A stretch of DNA of 64,000 nucleotides from Intoshia linei (taxonomy: Eukaryota > Animalia > Orthonectida), in contig LWCA01000051.1 in the NCBI GenBank assembly GCA_001642005.1, positions 2,592 through 66,591 on the forward strand, written 5' to 3'. A model generated the notes under the pieces. The model was not told where the DNA came from. It saw nothing but the letters and a program-made list of their open reading frames with translations, and did not search any database. This document shows, piece after piece, positions 38,600 through 51,121 of the stretch; within the stretch, counting starts at the first letter, position 1, and each line of letters opens with the position of its first letter. The translations under genes and the position numbers were made by a program.

Positions 38600-39894
38600 A
38601 ATTCTATGAAAATTTTAAATTTTTAATAACTATTCTTTCGTTGCAACAATGTACTTAATTTGAAAAAAACAATAAAAACACTATTAAATATTAAATGTAG
38701 TTTACTATTTTTGAGACGTTTCTCAAATAATGTGTGTTATCAAGTCACTATTGAAACAAAACAGTCTATGGTTTATATTGATTTACGTAAAATTGTATAA
38801 AACTTTAGTACAAACTTGCTAATCTATAAAATTAACAATACTTTACAATGTCCACGTTTAGATTGTAGATATTCAGGTCACAAATTATTCTCTGCAGGTA
38901 TTGGTAAATTTAAGACTGCTTACTTTACTTTTGCAGATTTCTATTGAAATTTAAATGCTAATTCATAAAACGAAAGAACAATTAAAAATAGGTCAAAATT
39001 AAAATATTTTAAGTTGAAATAATAATCAAAAGTTTTGATTAGTTTATTTATTATTATTTTATTGTTTTTATTCAAAACTAATGCATGTAAGTGAACCGAT
39101 ACTGAGTCTGAAGTATTAAAGCTGAACCTACCATACCCGAGACCACCGAAAATGAAAAACAAACCCTACAAAAGTTATCGAACTGCGGGTGGCATATATT
39201 CCATATTCACCTCTTGACTAGCGTGGACGTGACGTTTTAAATGTAACATTAAATTATAAAAAACTTTCCATGAATTTATTATTAGATGTTTATATAGAAA
39301 ATATTTCATCCTTTACTTACTTTACTTTAGTCTTTACTTTTTCCGAATTAATTTTCCATTGTGGTTGACACAACCTTTTCTGGTGGACTTATGAAATGTA
39401 AATATCAAATACCAAGAAAAATTTTATATAAAAATGATGAAAATTTACAAACTGTATTTAATATCAAACGAAATATGATGTGGCTTACCGAAGAAGTTTT
39501 AAAAAACTAACCAATTTTACTAGGATGGCTTTGTTGCCATTTCCATCCTATTATTTATCAGCATGATGGTTTAGTTTTGTTTTAGACTTACAAAACTGTT
39601 TGAACTAACAAACAAAAGAAATAGTCACCAAATTTCAAAAATAAGAGATATACGATAAAAAGCTATCATTAGTACCTAATATTACGAAAATTTGTAACAA
39701 TTTTCAGACTCAATCACCTTATTAATTCTAAAAAATAAATACGTTATTATTGTTTTTATCATTATTTTATTATAAATTCGCTCAAATTTCGACAATAGCT
39801 TTCATTCTAATTTATAACAAAATTATAGTTTTTGATAGAAAGTAATCATTGAATTAACAATAATTTTTTGTGAGTGAATTTTGTATGGCCTGTA

Positions 39895-40353
39895 TTTATT
39901 TATTGCGTTATTGGTTTATTGCGTTATTGGTTTATTGCGTCAGTATTTTTCTTATTGATTTTTCAGTATTGTAGATAGTTTGTCAGTATAAATAATTGAT
40001 TGTTAGTATTTAAATTAGAAGGGCAGTAAAAAAAATTATTTTCTCAGTACTTTACATATACTGTCAGTATTTAAATTGAATGTTCTGTATAAAATGAAAC
40101 TGACAAAAAATTTTATTTCATAAAAAAATATTCTCTGGTATGAACACCATAGAACATTTATAATTTTTTTGTAATATGGTTTCGATAAATACTGATCTAA
40201 TTAATATACTAATTTACTGACAAAAATACAATTATGTATGACAAGAAAGCAATTAAAAACTGACAAATATGTAATTGAATACTGACAATTTAATGTTGAA
40301 AATACCGAAAATTTTTTATTAAAAAATGTCAGTATTTTAATTAATTACTCCCC
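39895..40353. repeat. 16-bp tandem repeat (tttattgcgttattgg x~2.5) followed by a foldback-like array of gtcagtat/atactgac motifs
   Basis: Direct inspection. The right part is shared, reverse-complemented, with ~53850-53958. Confidence 0.55.
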
Positions 40354-42337
40354 ATTTTTTTGTACTAGCCCCAAAAATTTGATCGTAACGGAAATTTTTT
40401 TCAGTGGGACCTTGGATTTTTTTAAGAGTGAAAGTGTGGCCTATCATAAAAAAATGTTGGTAAACACTGGTTTACCCTTAAAAAAAGTTATACAATGGAT
40501 AAATCAGTGGTTGGCGGTTTGGGGTACAAAAATATACGCCTTGGTATTCGTGAGATTCAAATAAAATATACAAAAATTTTATCAACTTTTTTTTAATTTT
40601 AGAATTTTTAATATTTATTACAAAGTTGTCAGATGTTGTGAATTTCCATTAAAACCAAGACGACTTTACATTATCTTTTCAAAAATCCCACCATTAATAA
40701 AATTTAATAAAAAATACACTTTAAAACCCTCAGGGAAAAATCACCTTTTTTCAATCTTGTTTTTAAAAACACGAATTTACCAAATCTTATGAAAAAAACC
40801 TTTAATTTTTTTATATTCCCTTTGAGGTCAAAAAAAATAATTATTTTAAAATGGTGGTCTGTACACTATTTAAATCGATAACCACTGGGATAGATGAATC
40901 AAAAAATTTGAATATTATTAGAAAAATATCAGAATATTAGAAACTGAACGAGAAATGTTTTAATTAGTGGGAAGCGCGCGTCAATTTAAATAATTTCTAA
41001 CAAACACAAAGGTAAACCCAGTCCCATTAGTTAATAAATAAAAGTAATCAATACTAAATAGATCAACAAGATAACATTAATACGATATCACATTAAATAT
41101 GGCTGTTTGAATAGTATTCGCCTTAAAACCAACCAAAGTGACGGCGAAACAATTAGATTAAAAATTTGACGAATCAATTTGAAAAATTTTTAATGGCTTA
41201 TTTTAATTTTTTAACCATTACCTTCTATATTTTCAGTTCTGCCAACTACAAGTATCAAAACTTAAATTATTAGAAAATGATAAATCATTGACACTTTAAA
41301 TTAAATTGAAAATAGAATAAATATCAAATTCGTTGCTTTTAAATTATGTAATGCAGCACTTTACATCAGTCTTAATAATATTATTATACTTATCCCCATA
41401 ACAAAAATAAACTTTAATAAAACACCATTTTTAATTCTCATAATGAAAGGTTCAAAAAAACAAGTGAAAGTCGATCTATGTTGATCCTTGACGGGACCAA
41501 TTAAAAATGTTTGGCGAACCTTTGCATAGAGTGAATAAGGTTATATCAACCCAAAATTATAATGAATCATTATAAATGATGTATTTTATCGAGAAAGATG
41601 TGCATGGGTGCCAAAGGGTAGATTAAAACTTGACACATTTAAGTATAAAACTAAAAAAATTTATTGTGACTCATATAATTTTCTATAAGATCCCAATTTT
41701 ATGTTTACCTAACGATCCCTCCAACACCCTGTTAAAGTGAAAGTCGATTCGTATTTTGAATCGATTCTAATCCTTAATTGTGATCTCAATCGGAGTGGAG
41801 TTCTGGAAATAGAACTGATTGCGTTAGGAAATTACTTGAATTTATAAATTTTCTGATCATAGGCCATTGAGTTAATTGGCCTAAAATCAGTCCATTCATT
41901 TGAATAACCATTGTTGAACCTGCAGATACATACTTTTAATTAATGCAATCGAATTTAGTGAATTTCTATTTGGAAAAGAAAACTATTTTATATAAAAACA
42001 AGGCTATGGATAATGTGTCAATAATATCTTTAGTAGATTGGAAATTGAACTTTCTGAATAAAAGTAGCATCAGGAATGACACGTTTATAAAATTATGCAA
42101 AATTTTCTACAATTTCCTAAAACATTTTCAGTATTTTTTAAATTTACAAATTGGAAACGTTAAAATCTACATACGATACCGCGTATAAAACCATCGGGCA
42201 TAATGTGACCCTTTAATTGTTTGGAATTGATGAGGGAGTAAATGTTAATTGCTTCAATTTCTCAAAATAACAAAACAAAACTCTCATCCGTTTCCAATTT
42301 GTTTATTTTTGTGATCCTTTACAATTTTATTGTAGCG

Positions 42338-42507
42338 CAGGGGTTCCCACACTTTTTTCACGGTGGACCAGTAATACATTATAAATTATATCTCGGACCA
42401 TTAAAGCGAAATTACTAGGTGACACTAAAAAAATTTTGATAAAAAACGTCATCAATTAACTTGTTATTAGTAAAAATTTTTCACGGACCGGCATTTGGGA
42501 AACGCTG
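42338..42507. mobile_element. Short hAT MITE
   Basis: caggggttcccaca / tttgggaaacgctg; TSD ttgtagcg / gtgtagcg. Confidence 0.8.
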
Positions 42508-43225
42508 GTGTAGCGTAAATCAAACAAATTTTTTGAATCTGATATTTTCTTATTTTTTTCAAATTCACCTAATTAAAATCTGTTTAGAAATGGATGAATT
42601 ATTTTTACATTAGAATGCTAAAATAAAGTTAAACCTTTCTAATAAACCAGTTTTTAAACTATACATGTCCTTGTACTGCAAAATGAGAAAATGGAAATGA
42701 AATTCTAAATTTTGTTTCATCAATGCAATACATATTATAATTCAAAATTTTAAAAAAATGAGACGCACCAAATTATCGAAATGATATTTAGATTAAATTT
42801 TACACATTGTTGCAACAAAAAATAAAATATATAAACTAAATAGGAAAATGAATTTTTATAAATTAAAAATTACTTTCGAAACAAGCTTCTAATAGAAAAC
42901 ATTGATTTAAATTTTAAAATTAAATTAAAAAAGCAAGTGATATATCGCAAATTGAAAATATAAGTGTACAAATAGAAATGCATTAGATAAATGAGTCATT
43001 GCTGAGTCATCATACTTTTCTAACACAATTGTTTTGACAAATAGAACAAATGAAATTTAAATGAAATTACCTGCAATTAATAAGCTATATTCATAAAACG
43101 ATAAAATGGAAATAAAACTAATCAAATAATTGTGTCCACTGCAATTTATAAAATGTAGTAAACATTGTTGTAATATTGCATCACCGTGTTACACAAATAA
43201 AGTCAACTTTAATTATTTAAAATAA

Positions 43226-46200
43226 ATGTATGACTGGAAAAAGTTTTATCGTTTAATTGCAACAAAAAATTCCGTTAACGATGAAACATTGGCGAAATTG
43301 TATGGCTTGATAAAAAAATATATCGGTTAGTTGAATCGAAAATAAAATTAGTCCTTTTTAGATGACCAAAACTCGAATAATGTGGATAAAATTGACAGTA
43401 TGTCAGAATCGATCGAACAAGCAGTAATGTCCATATTTGTCTTATTAGTAGAAAGTAATAACCCGAAACGACAGCACGTTTCAACGATAAATAGAATGTT
43501 TGGTTTAGAATTGAACTGGGAAAAACTTGATTTGATTTTTGAAATGGTTTTTGAAATGCAGCTATGTATGGATTCCGAGTGTAAAGAAAAATTGTTGAGA
43601 GGTGAATTTACATTGTCTAGCAATGGGGATGATGATTTTTACATTGACGACGAGGAGGATTTTGGAATATATCGAAATTTACCAGATTATTTTTACGATG
43701 TAAGTAAGTTTCAAGATCATAAAGTATTGAAGAAAAGTGAAAGAATTACTTTTATGAACCATGTTAACTTATTCATGGCTGGAACTTGGATTTCCTCTAA
43801 ACTTAAAGATCATACTTCTGAAATATCTGTGCACTTGTCTAATGATGAAATGGGCAGTATAATATTTGATAAATTCATTAGTAACGATTCCAATAACACA
43901 ATTCAGAATGATTTGGTTGATTTACTAGGATTTGACTGTTTAGATCTCATTGAAATTTTACTTGATAATAGGGATTTTGTTATTATGCGTAGCAAAATGC
44001 ATGAAACTGACATTGATCTGAAAAAATTGAAATCTACCCTTCCACCAGATAAATATTATAAATGTATAGTTCTTCATTCAGCAATTCTAAGAGAAAATAA
44101 AAATAAAGCCAAAATTACAAAATGTGTGCAAATTCCGATAGAGGTTTTAACTGAGTATGTGAAATACCCCAACGTTTACGATTCTTTCCAAACTGCTGTG
44201 TCTTTTGGTAAACGCAAAGCTCTGCCTAGTAATACTAGATATACTAAAACTGCAGAATATGAATCCATCATGGTTCCAGAAACTGAAAGGTCAAAATTAA
44301 ACCTCGACATTTCTCCCATTCATGTTCAGGGTTTGGACAAAATTGGACAAACCGTGTTTACAAATATTAATAAATTTAATTTGGTCCAATCGATCGTGTT
44401 CCCCATCGCGTACAACCACGACGACAACTTATTAGTTGCTGCTCCAACCGGTGCAGGGAAAACTAACATTGCTTTGATGACTATAGTCAGAACAATTAAA
44501 AAATTTACTGAAAATGGAGAAATTGATATCAACAAATTCAAAATCGTGTACATTGCCCCCATGAAAGCTCTAGCCACGGAAATTACTCGGAAATTGGCGG
44601 TACCTTTAAAATCCCTTGGTGTTAATGTGAAAGAATATACTGGTGACATGCGTTTAACAAAAACAGAAATTAAAAATACTCAAATTTTTGTATCAACTCC
44701 AGAAAAATGGGACATTATTACTAGGAAAAATAACAACGAAGTTCCCTTGTCCGACATTCTGGCTCTACTCATTTTAGACGAAATTCATTTGTTAAATGAC
44801 GAACGAGGATCGGTAATTGAAAGCATTGTGGCTCGAACTTTACGTCAAGTCGTAACTTCTCAAAAGCAGATTAGATTGGTCGGGTTATCTGCGACTTTAC
44901 CCAATTATCTCGACATTGCTGCATTTCTCAAAGTTGATTATTTTAAGGGTTTATTCTATTTCGATGAACGGTTCAGACCAGTTCCGTTGAACAAAACATT
45001 TATCGGGGTTAGATCTACATTTTCCAATAACTGTAGAATTGCAATGAATCAAATTTGCACGGAAAAAGCGGCGGAAATTTTGGAACGTGACGAGCAAATA
45101 ATTGTTTTTGTTCATAGCCGCAATGAAACGGTTAACACGGCAAATTTTATACTTGAAGAATTGGAGAGAAATCATGTCGGGATATATCACAAATTACACG
45201 CACACACGAAACATATATCGTATCGTTTAAAAAATTCTTCCAATGAAGACATTAAAAATTTATGTCATTCGGGTATTTTATTCCACAACGCTTCTCTTTT
45301 AAGGGAAGATCGATTGGTCGTAGAAAACGAGTTCAAGAAAGGTTCCATCAGACTTTTAGTTAGTACTGCAACTCTAGCGTGGGGTGTTAATTTACCATGC
45401 CACGCTGTTATTATTAAAGGAACTTTTATTTACGATGTCGACAAATCCAAATATGTTGACATTTCTCAGCTAGATGTAACTCAAATTTTCGGACGAGCCG
45501 GTAGGCCTCAATTTGATACTTACGGTGAAGCGTTTATTATTACGGAACACGCCAAAATGCAAAACTATGTGGATATGCTTTTGAGCAGTACACCAATTGA
45601 AAGCAGGTTTTTGACGCGATTAAACGAAAATTTAAACGCCGAAATTGTACTTGGGACCATTACAAAAGTAGAGGAAGCCATCGAATGGATGCAATACACC
45701 TTTATGAGCATACGAATGAAACAAAACCCTCATTACTATGGAATAAAACACGTTGATGTATCTGAAAAAGATGTTTTAGAAAATGAAATGCGAAACATGA
45801 TTTTGGTTGCTTGTAAATATTTAGATAAAGCTCAAATGATTAGATTCAAAGTTAAGCCCGGTTTTCTTTGTTCAACGGAAATTGGACAAATTGCAGCTCA
45901 TCACTATCTAAGTTGTGATACTGTAGTGCATTTTAATAAACAACTGAAACCAAAAATGGATGATTTATCCATTATTTTACTTATCAGTGGATCCTCTGAA
46001 ATGCTACAATTGAACCCTCGTTTTGAAGAACAAGAAGAATTATTTTCTCTTAACAATCGAGTTTCTTATCCTATACAACTGGAAACATCTACAGAATCTG
46101 ATATCCCCAGGAATAAAAACAATAGACCTTCTCGAAGACTTAAAAAATCTAAAACCATAATAGACAACGCTACAATGAAATCAGGCATACTTTTGCAAGT

Positions 46201-49200
46201 CTATTTGGAACATTTACATGTTGGTATTCCATCTCTGTCATCAGATTTGCGATACATTAATAAAAATGTAAGTCGAATTGTTGGTGCATTGTTTAAATTA
46301 GTTTTGTATAGAGGTTATGCATATATGGTTGACAAAATTTTAAAATTTTGCAAAACTTTTCAGTACAAGTGGTGGTATTTTCATCATCCTTTATACCAAT
46401 TCCCAAAAGTGTTGAGTGATCGGATCGTTTATAATCTAGAAAGATATCGATTAAGCGTGGATAAAATTAAGGAAATGATGCCTTCTGAAATTGGAAATAT
46501 CATAAAAAGCAATCCAATGGGTGCTACTGTTAAAAGTTTAGCCTGTTGTTTACCAAAATTGGATATTGAAGTTGTTGTTAAACCAGTATCCAGTACAATA
46601 TTGAGAATTTTGCTGTTCATCAAACCCGATTTCGTATGGTCTCGCTATCACAATAAAAACGGAGAATCGTTTATTGTTTATATTGTAGATCCGTTAACGT
46701 TGCAAATTTATCATTATGAGTACATTCACTTTAATCATAAGATGATGGACCGTGAGGAACCTACACAGCTTAATTTTTGTATCCCTATTTTTACTCCTTA
46801 CCCAACACAATACTTTGTTTATTGTGCTTCAGAAAACTGGATATGTGATGATACCATTGTGCCAATAAATATAAGTAATTTAATGCTACCGACACAATAC
46901 GAAGAGCACACTGAACTACTTGATTTAAATCCGCTGCCCATTGAATCTTTGGGTAATCTTCATTATCAGAATATATACAATTTTACCCACTTTAACCCCA
47001 TTCAAACTCAATTTTTTTTCTGTTTATACCACACTGATAAGAATGTCCTTGTTGGAGCTCCAACTGGGTCAGGAAAAACAGTAGCTGCTGAATTGGCCGT
47101 TTTAAACCTTTTCAATACAGATTTTTCCAATTCTGAAACCAAACGACCGTTATCTGTTTACATAGCCCCTTTAAAAGCGTTGGTTAGAGAACGATTTCAA
47201 AATTGGCGAGAAAGGATTGGAAAAAATTTAGGGAAAAATGTTATTGAATTAACGGGTGACGTCAGTCAGGACAGTTTTACCATCAATAGAGCAGACGTAA
47301 TTATTACTACACCCGAAAAATGGGACGGAATTACCAGAGGTTGGAAAACCAGGAGTTATGTTAGACGGGTGAAACTTATCATTATTGATGAAATTCATTT
47401 ATTGGGAGAAGAGAGGGGCCCCGTTATAGAATTTATCGTTTCCAGAGCAAATTACATTGCATCTCAATTATCTACGAGTGTAAGAATAGTTGGATTGTCG
47501 ACCGCTCTTTCGAATGCAAAAGATTTGGCAAATTGGTTGCAAATAAGTGACTTTGGTTTGTATAATTTCAGACCGTCTGTGCGACCCATACCTTTAGAGG
47601 TGCACATTCAAGGGTTTCCAGGAAGGCATTATTGCCCTCGAATGGCTACAATGAACAGACCGTGTTATCGGGCTATAGAAACTCATAGTCCAAATAAATC
47701 AGTCATTGTGTTTGTGTCCAGTCGAAGACAAACCAGAATAACTGCGTTTGATTTAATTGCGTATGTGGCCTCTGAAAAAAATTCCAAAAAATGGGTAAAA
47801 ATGGATGAACAAGAAAAGCAGAATATCACGTCTACTATATCGAATAACGATTTAAAACAAACAATTATTTGGGGCGTAGGGCTTCATCATGCTGGTCTAT
47901 GTGACTCCGACAGAAAGACAACAGAGCGATTATTTTTAGAAAGAAAAATTCAGATTCTGATTGCAACCAGCACTCTCGCTTGGGGTATAAATATGCCCTG
48001 TCATTTAGTGATAATTAAAGGAACTGAATTTTATGACGGAAAAACGCACACTTATGTAGATTTTCCGATTACTGACGTTCTACAAATGATTGGTAGAGCT
48101 GGTCGACCTCAGTTCGATGAACGAGGTTATGCTGTGATAATGGTTCAGGATCTAAAAAAAGATTTTTATAAGAAATTTTTATATCTACCCTTTCCAGTGG
48201 AATCTAGCGTTCCTTCTGTGCTAGAAGACCACCTTAATGCTGAAATCGCTTCTAGTTCAATAACAAATTACGATGAAGCTTTAAAATATCTGACTATGAC
48301 ATTTTTTTATCAGAGATTGTTACAAAATCCCGGCTATTACGGTGCAAAATCAAAAAAAACTACTGAAGTACACGCGTATATTTGTACATTGATTATAAAA
48401 AAAATTAACATGCTGATTGAAAGCGGGTGCGTGCAAACGGTCAGTTTGCAAGATAAATCCTTTGACAACAATTTTCCTGTTCCAGGCACCAAAATTGATA
48501 AAACTAAAACTCTGACAAGCTTATTTAACGTGTGTGGACAAACTAAATTGAAATGTACTGAACTAGGTAGAATAGCATGCGTTTATTACATTAGTCATAT
48601 TACTGTATCGTTTTTCAATAAATCGTTATCGTCAGAATCTTCAATCAAAAGTCTTTTGAAGATTCTATGTTATGCTGACGAATTTTCTCTTATGCCGATT
48701 CGACACAATGAAGAAATATTAAACAAAAATCTTTCGGATAACGTCCGATATCCTATTCTAGAATCTGAATGTGATTCTCCCTACGCGAAAACATTTTTAT
48801 TGATCCAATCTCATTTTTCTGATTTGTCCTTTGAAGTATCAGACTACAAAACCGATTTAAAATCAGTTTTAGATCAAATCCACAGAATACTACAGGCTTT
48901 AATGGACATTTGCTCACTCAAACAATTTGCCGGTACATTTATTAATTTGTGTTTTATTTCTCAAATGATTATTACTGGTCAATGGATTGACGATCCTCAA
49001 TGTTTTCAAATTGATAAAACCAGAAAACTATCTAAGCAGACTGAATTAGTCTCAGTTTTAAAGACTATGGACAAAAATTCTGTGGATTATATAAACAGGT
49101 ATTTTGATCATATACCAAATCACCTTAAAAATTCAGCCATAAAATTTGTAAATACTATTCCCCGGCTGAACGTTGAAGTTTACCTTGCTCATAAAAGATT

Positions 49201-49507
49201 GAATCTGAACCAAGTGAATATTATATCTTTTAATAATGATGTGATAATTACCATTAAAATGAAATATTTAACAATCGTAAAATCTAACGACAAAAAAATG
49301 ATATTTTTGGCTTTAGTAGAACCAGTCACTGATCTACTCATTTGTACCAAACGGGTAATGTTTAAAAACGAAAACAGGGTTGAAAGGATGACGGTTAAAA
49401 TTCCAAACCAAATGTATATGGACAGAAACGTTTCTCTCAATCTCAACATCCTACACAATAATTTTATTGGATTGGATCAAATGTATTCCATTAATTTAAA
49501 ATTCTAA
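43226..49507 (+). CDS. ASCC3: Activating signal cointegrator 1 complex subunit 3 (tandem Ski2-like helicase/Sec63 cassettes)
   Basis: Two cassettes, each with APTGxGKT, DEIH and GRAGRPQFD, plus the ASCC3-typical GFPGRHYCPRMATMNRP. Inferred short exon 1 (43226-43325), 36-nt intron, then one 6.1-kb exon. Confidence 0.95.
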
Positions 49508-49529
49508 TGTAAATTGTGTACAAAATAAA

Positions 49530-51020
49530 TTATGATTTATTAAATGTTGACATTGTTCCAAAATACTTTTTCTGGGCATCAGTTTCTTTAGATTCAATGG
49601 CATTTGGGTTGATAATTTCGAGTCCTTGTAAGGGAGTAAAGGCAACGCTGGATTGAGTTCCACCTGTATTTCTGCGAATACTCGTTGCCACTCCAGCCTG
49701 TTTAATGACAGACATTTTCCCACTTTTATAGAGTTGGTTTTGCAGGGTTTTAGACATTCTGGCTTTAGTTTTCGAATCAACCATGGCTGTTCTAATTTTT
49801 CCAGATCCAGATTTCCCCAAATGACCCAGTGAAGGACCAAGAATTTCATGGTAAGCATCCTGTTCAATTTCACCAAACGTCATGCGGTTTGCAGCCTTTC
49901 TCACATCGGTTATTCCTAACCGTTCTTTCATTCGACGGTAACGTTTTCCACCCCGTTTTTTATGAGCATAATCAATTGGTGCGGGTAGAGACTTTATTCT
50001 TTTTACGGCGGCAGGTTCTAAAAACTTTTCCATCTTCATTTCAATTTGCGACCTCAGTTGTCTTCCCAATTCACCGTCTAAAGAAGACTGCTTCATGTCA
50101 ATTCGAGCCGCCAGAGTAGCTTTGGCTGCAACTGTCCTAGCAATTTTTTGACGAATATCTGTGGGGGCATTTTCAACAATATCACAGGACCAAATGTATC
50201 CACGATTAGATGTTTTCGTTATGGTAGAAAACCCACTTAAAATTTTTCGTTTAGCTCCAAGTAATTGCATACAATTCGCGGGTATTTTACAAAGGGCTTT
50301 TAAACCACCAGCACAGCCTAATAATTTAGCGGCAATAGACGGGGAAACAACGACAGCTAAATTTGGAGCTATAAACTCCATTCTTGATTCAATGTAGTCC
50401 AAAATATTGGTTTTTTCGGCGTATAAATTTATAATTGTTTCAGACAACCGTTTGCAATGTTCAAGTTCTTCTTGGTCTAATTTAACTCCTTGACTCGACG
50501 AAGCACTTACACTTACTACCATAACTGTCGCATGGTTCATGTAATCAAGCATTTGTTGGTCACTTTTCCCTCTTTCAATATCATTGCCAAGTCGGCCCAC
50601 AGTTCTGCAATAATCTATTGGATTTGAGACCAGCGATTCCAATTCAGGAAACCTTTTACTATAAACGAGTCTCAGTTGTCTGTCAAACCTAGAAATGTCG
50701 TTATCAATCATGGCCACAATTTCATTTGCATCGACCATTAATTTGTAGTGCTTGTCAAAGTCTAGTGTTGCTGAATCAACCTCAATGTACTTGTTTATTC
50801 GATCGGTTAAATTTGTCAATTTTTCATCATCCATCAAATTTTCAAAGTTAAAACTAGACAGCGAAATGTGCTGGTTTTTGTTTAGTTCAAATAATGGTAT
50901 AACATTTTCTTCCGGTTCATTATTTTTATTGTCGTTTCCTTTTAAATGTTCGACTTCCAGGTTTTTATCTTCATATGCAATTTCGTCAAAATCTGCTAAT
51001 AATTCATCTACTAGCGACAT
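49530..51020 (-). CDS. PRPF31: U4/U6 snRNP protein Prp31, intronless
   Basis: MSLVDELLAD, YSKRFPELESLV, IAPNL, AAKATLAARID, KKRGGKRYRRMKER, ANRMTFGEIE, SSVAFTPLQGLEI. Confidence 0.97.
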   Translation of the reverse strand: MSLVDELLADFDEIAYEDKNLEVEHLKGNDNKNNEPEENVIPLFELNKNQHISLSSFNFENLMDDEKLTNLTDRINKYIEVDSATLDFDKHYKLMVDANEIVAMIDNDISRFDRQLRLVYSKRFPELESLVSNPIDYCRTVGRLGNDIERGKSDQQMLDYMNHATVMVVSVSASSSQGVKLDQEELEHCKRLSETIINLYAEKTNILDYIESRMEFIAPNLAVVVSPSIAAKLLGCAGGLKALCKIPANCMQLLGAKRKILSGFSTITKTSNRGYIWSCDIVENAPTDIRQKIARTVAAKATLAARIDMKQSSLDGELGRQLRSQIEMKMEKFLEPAAVKRIKSLPAPIDYAHKKRGGKRYRRMKERLGITDVRKAANRMTFGEIEQDAYHEILGPSLGHLGKSGSGKIRTAMVDSKTKARMSKTLQNQLYKSGKMSVIKQAGVATSIRRNTGGTQSSVAFTPLQGLEIINPNAIESKETDAQKKYFGTMSTFNKS

Positions 51021-51121
51021 GACTTAAAAATTTTACCAAACAATAACAAATTAACAATCAAATTGAAAATATTTCAATAGTGACGGTTGCTCGGCTATTA
51101 AAATTAAAATGAAATTAATTT
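51021..51121. promoter_or_regulatory. Putative bidirectional promoter PRPF31/TRNT1 (101 bp between ATGs)
   Basis: Head-to-head ATGs at 51020 and 51122. Confidence 0.65.

Noticed and set aside
43382-49507. Brr2/SNRNP200, suggested by the PRPF31 neighbour
   Set aside because: The second cassette is intact and carries the ASCC3-type GFPGRHYCPRM motif.
43275-51027. Antisense or alternate-frame ORFs over ASCC3 and PRPF31 (also over PP2C, Meis and the ZnF gene)
   Set aside because: Shadow ORFs of real coding sequence with no independent support.
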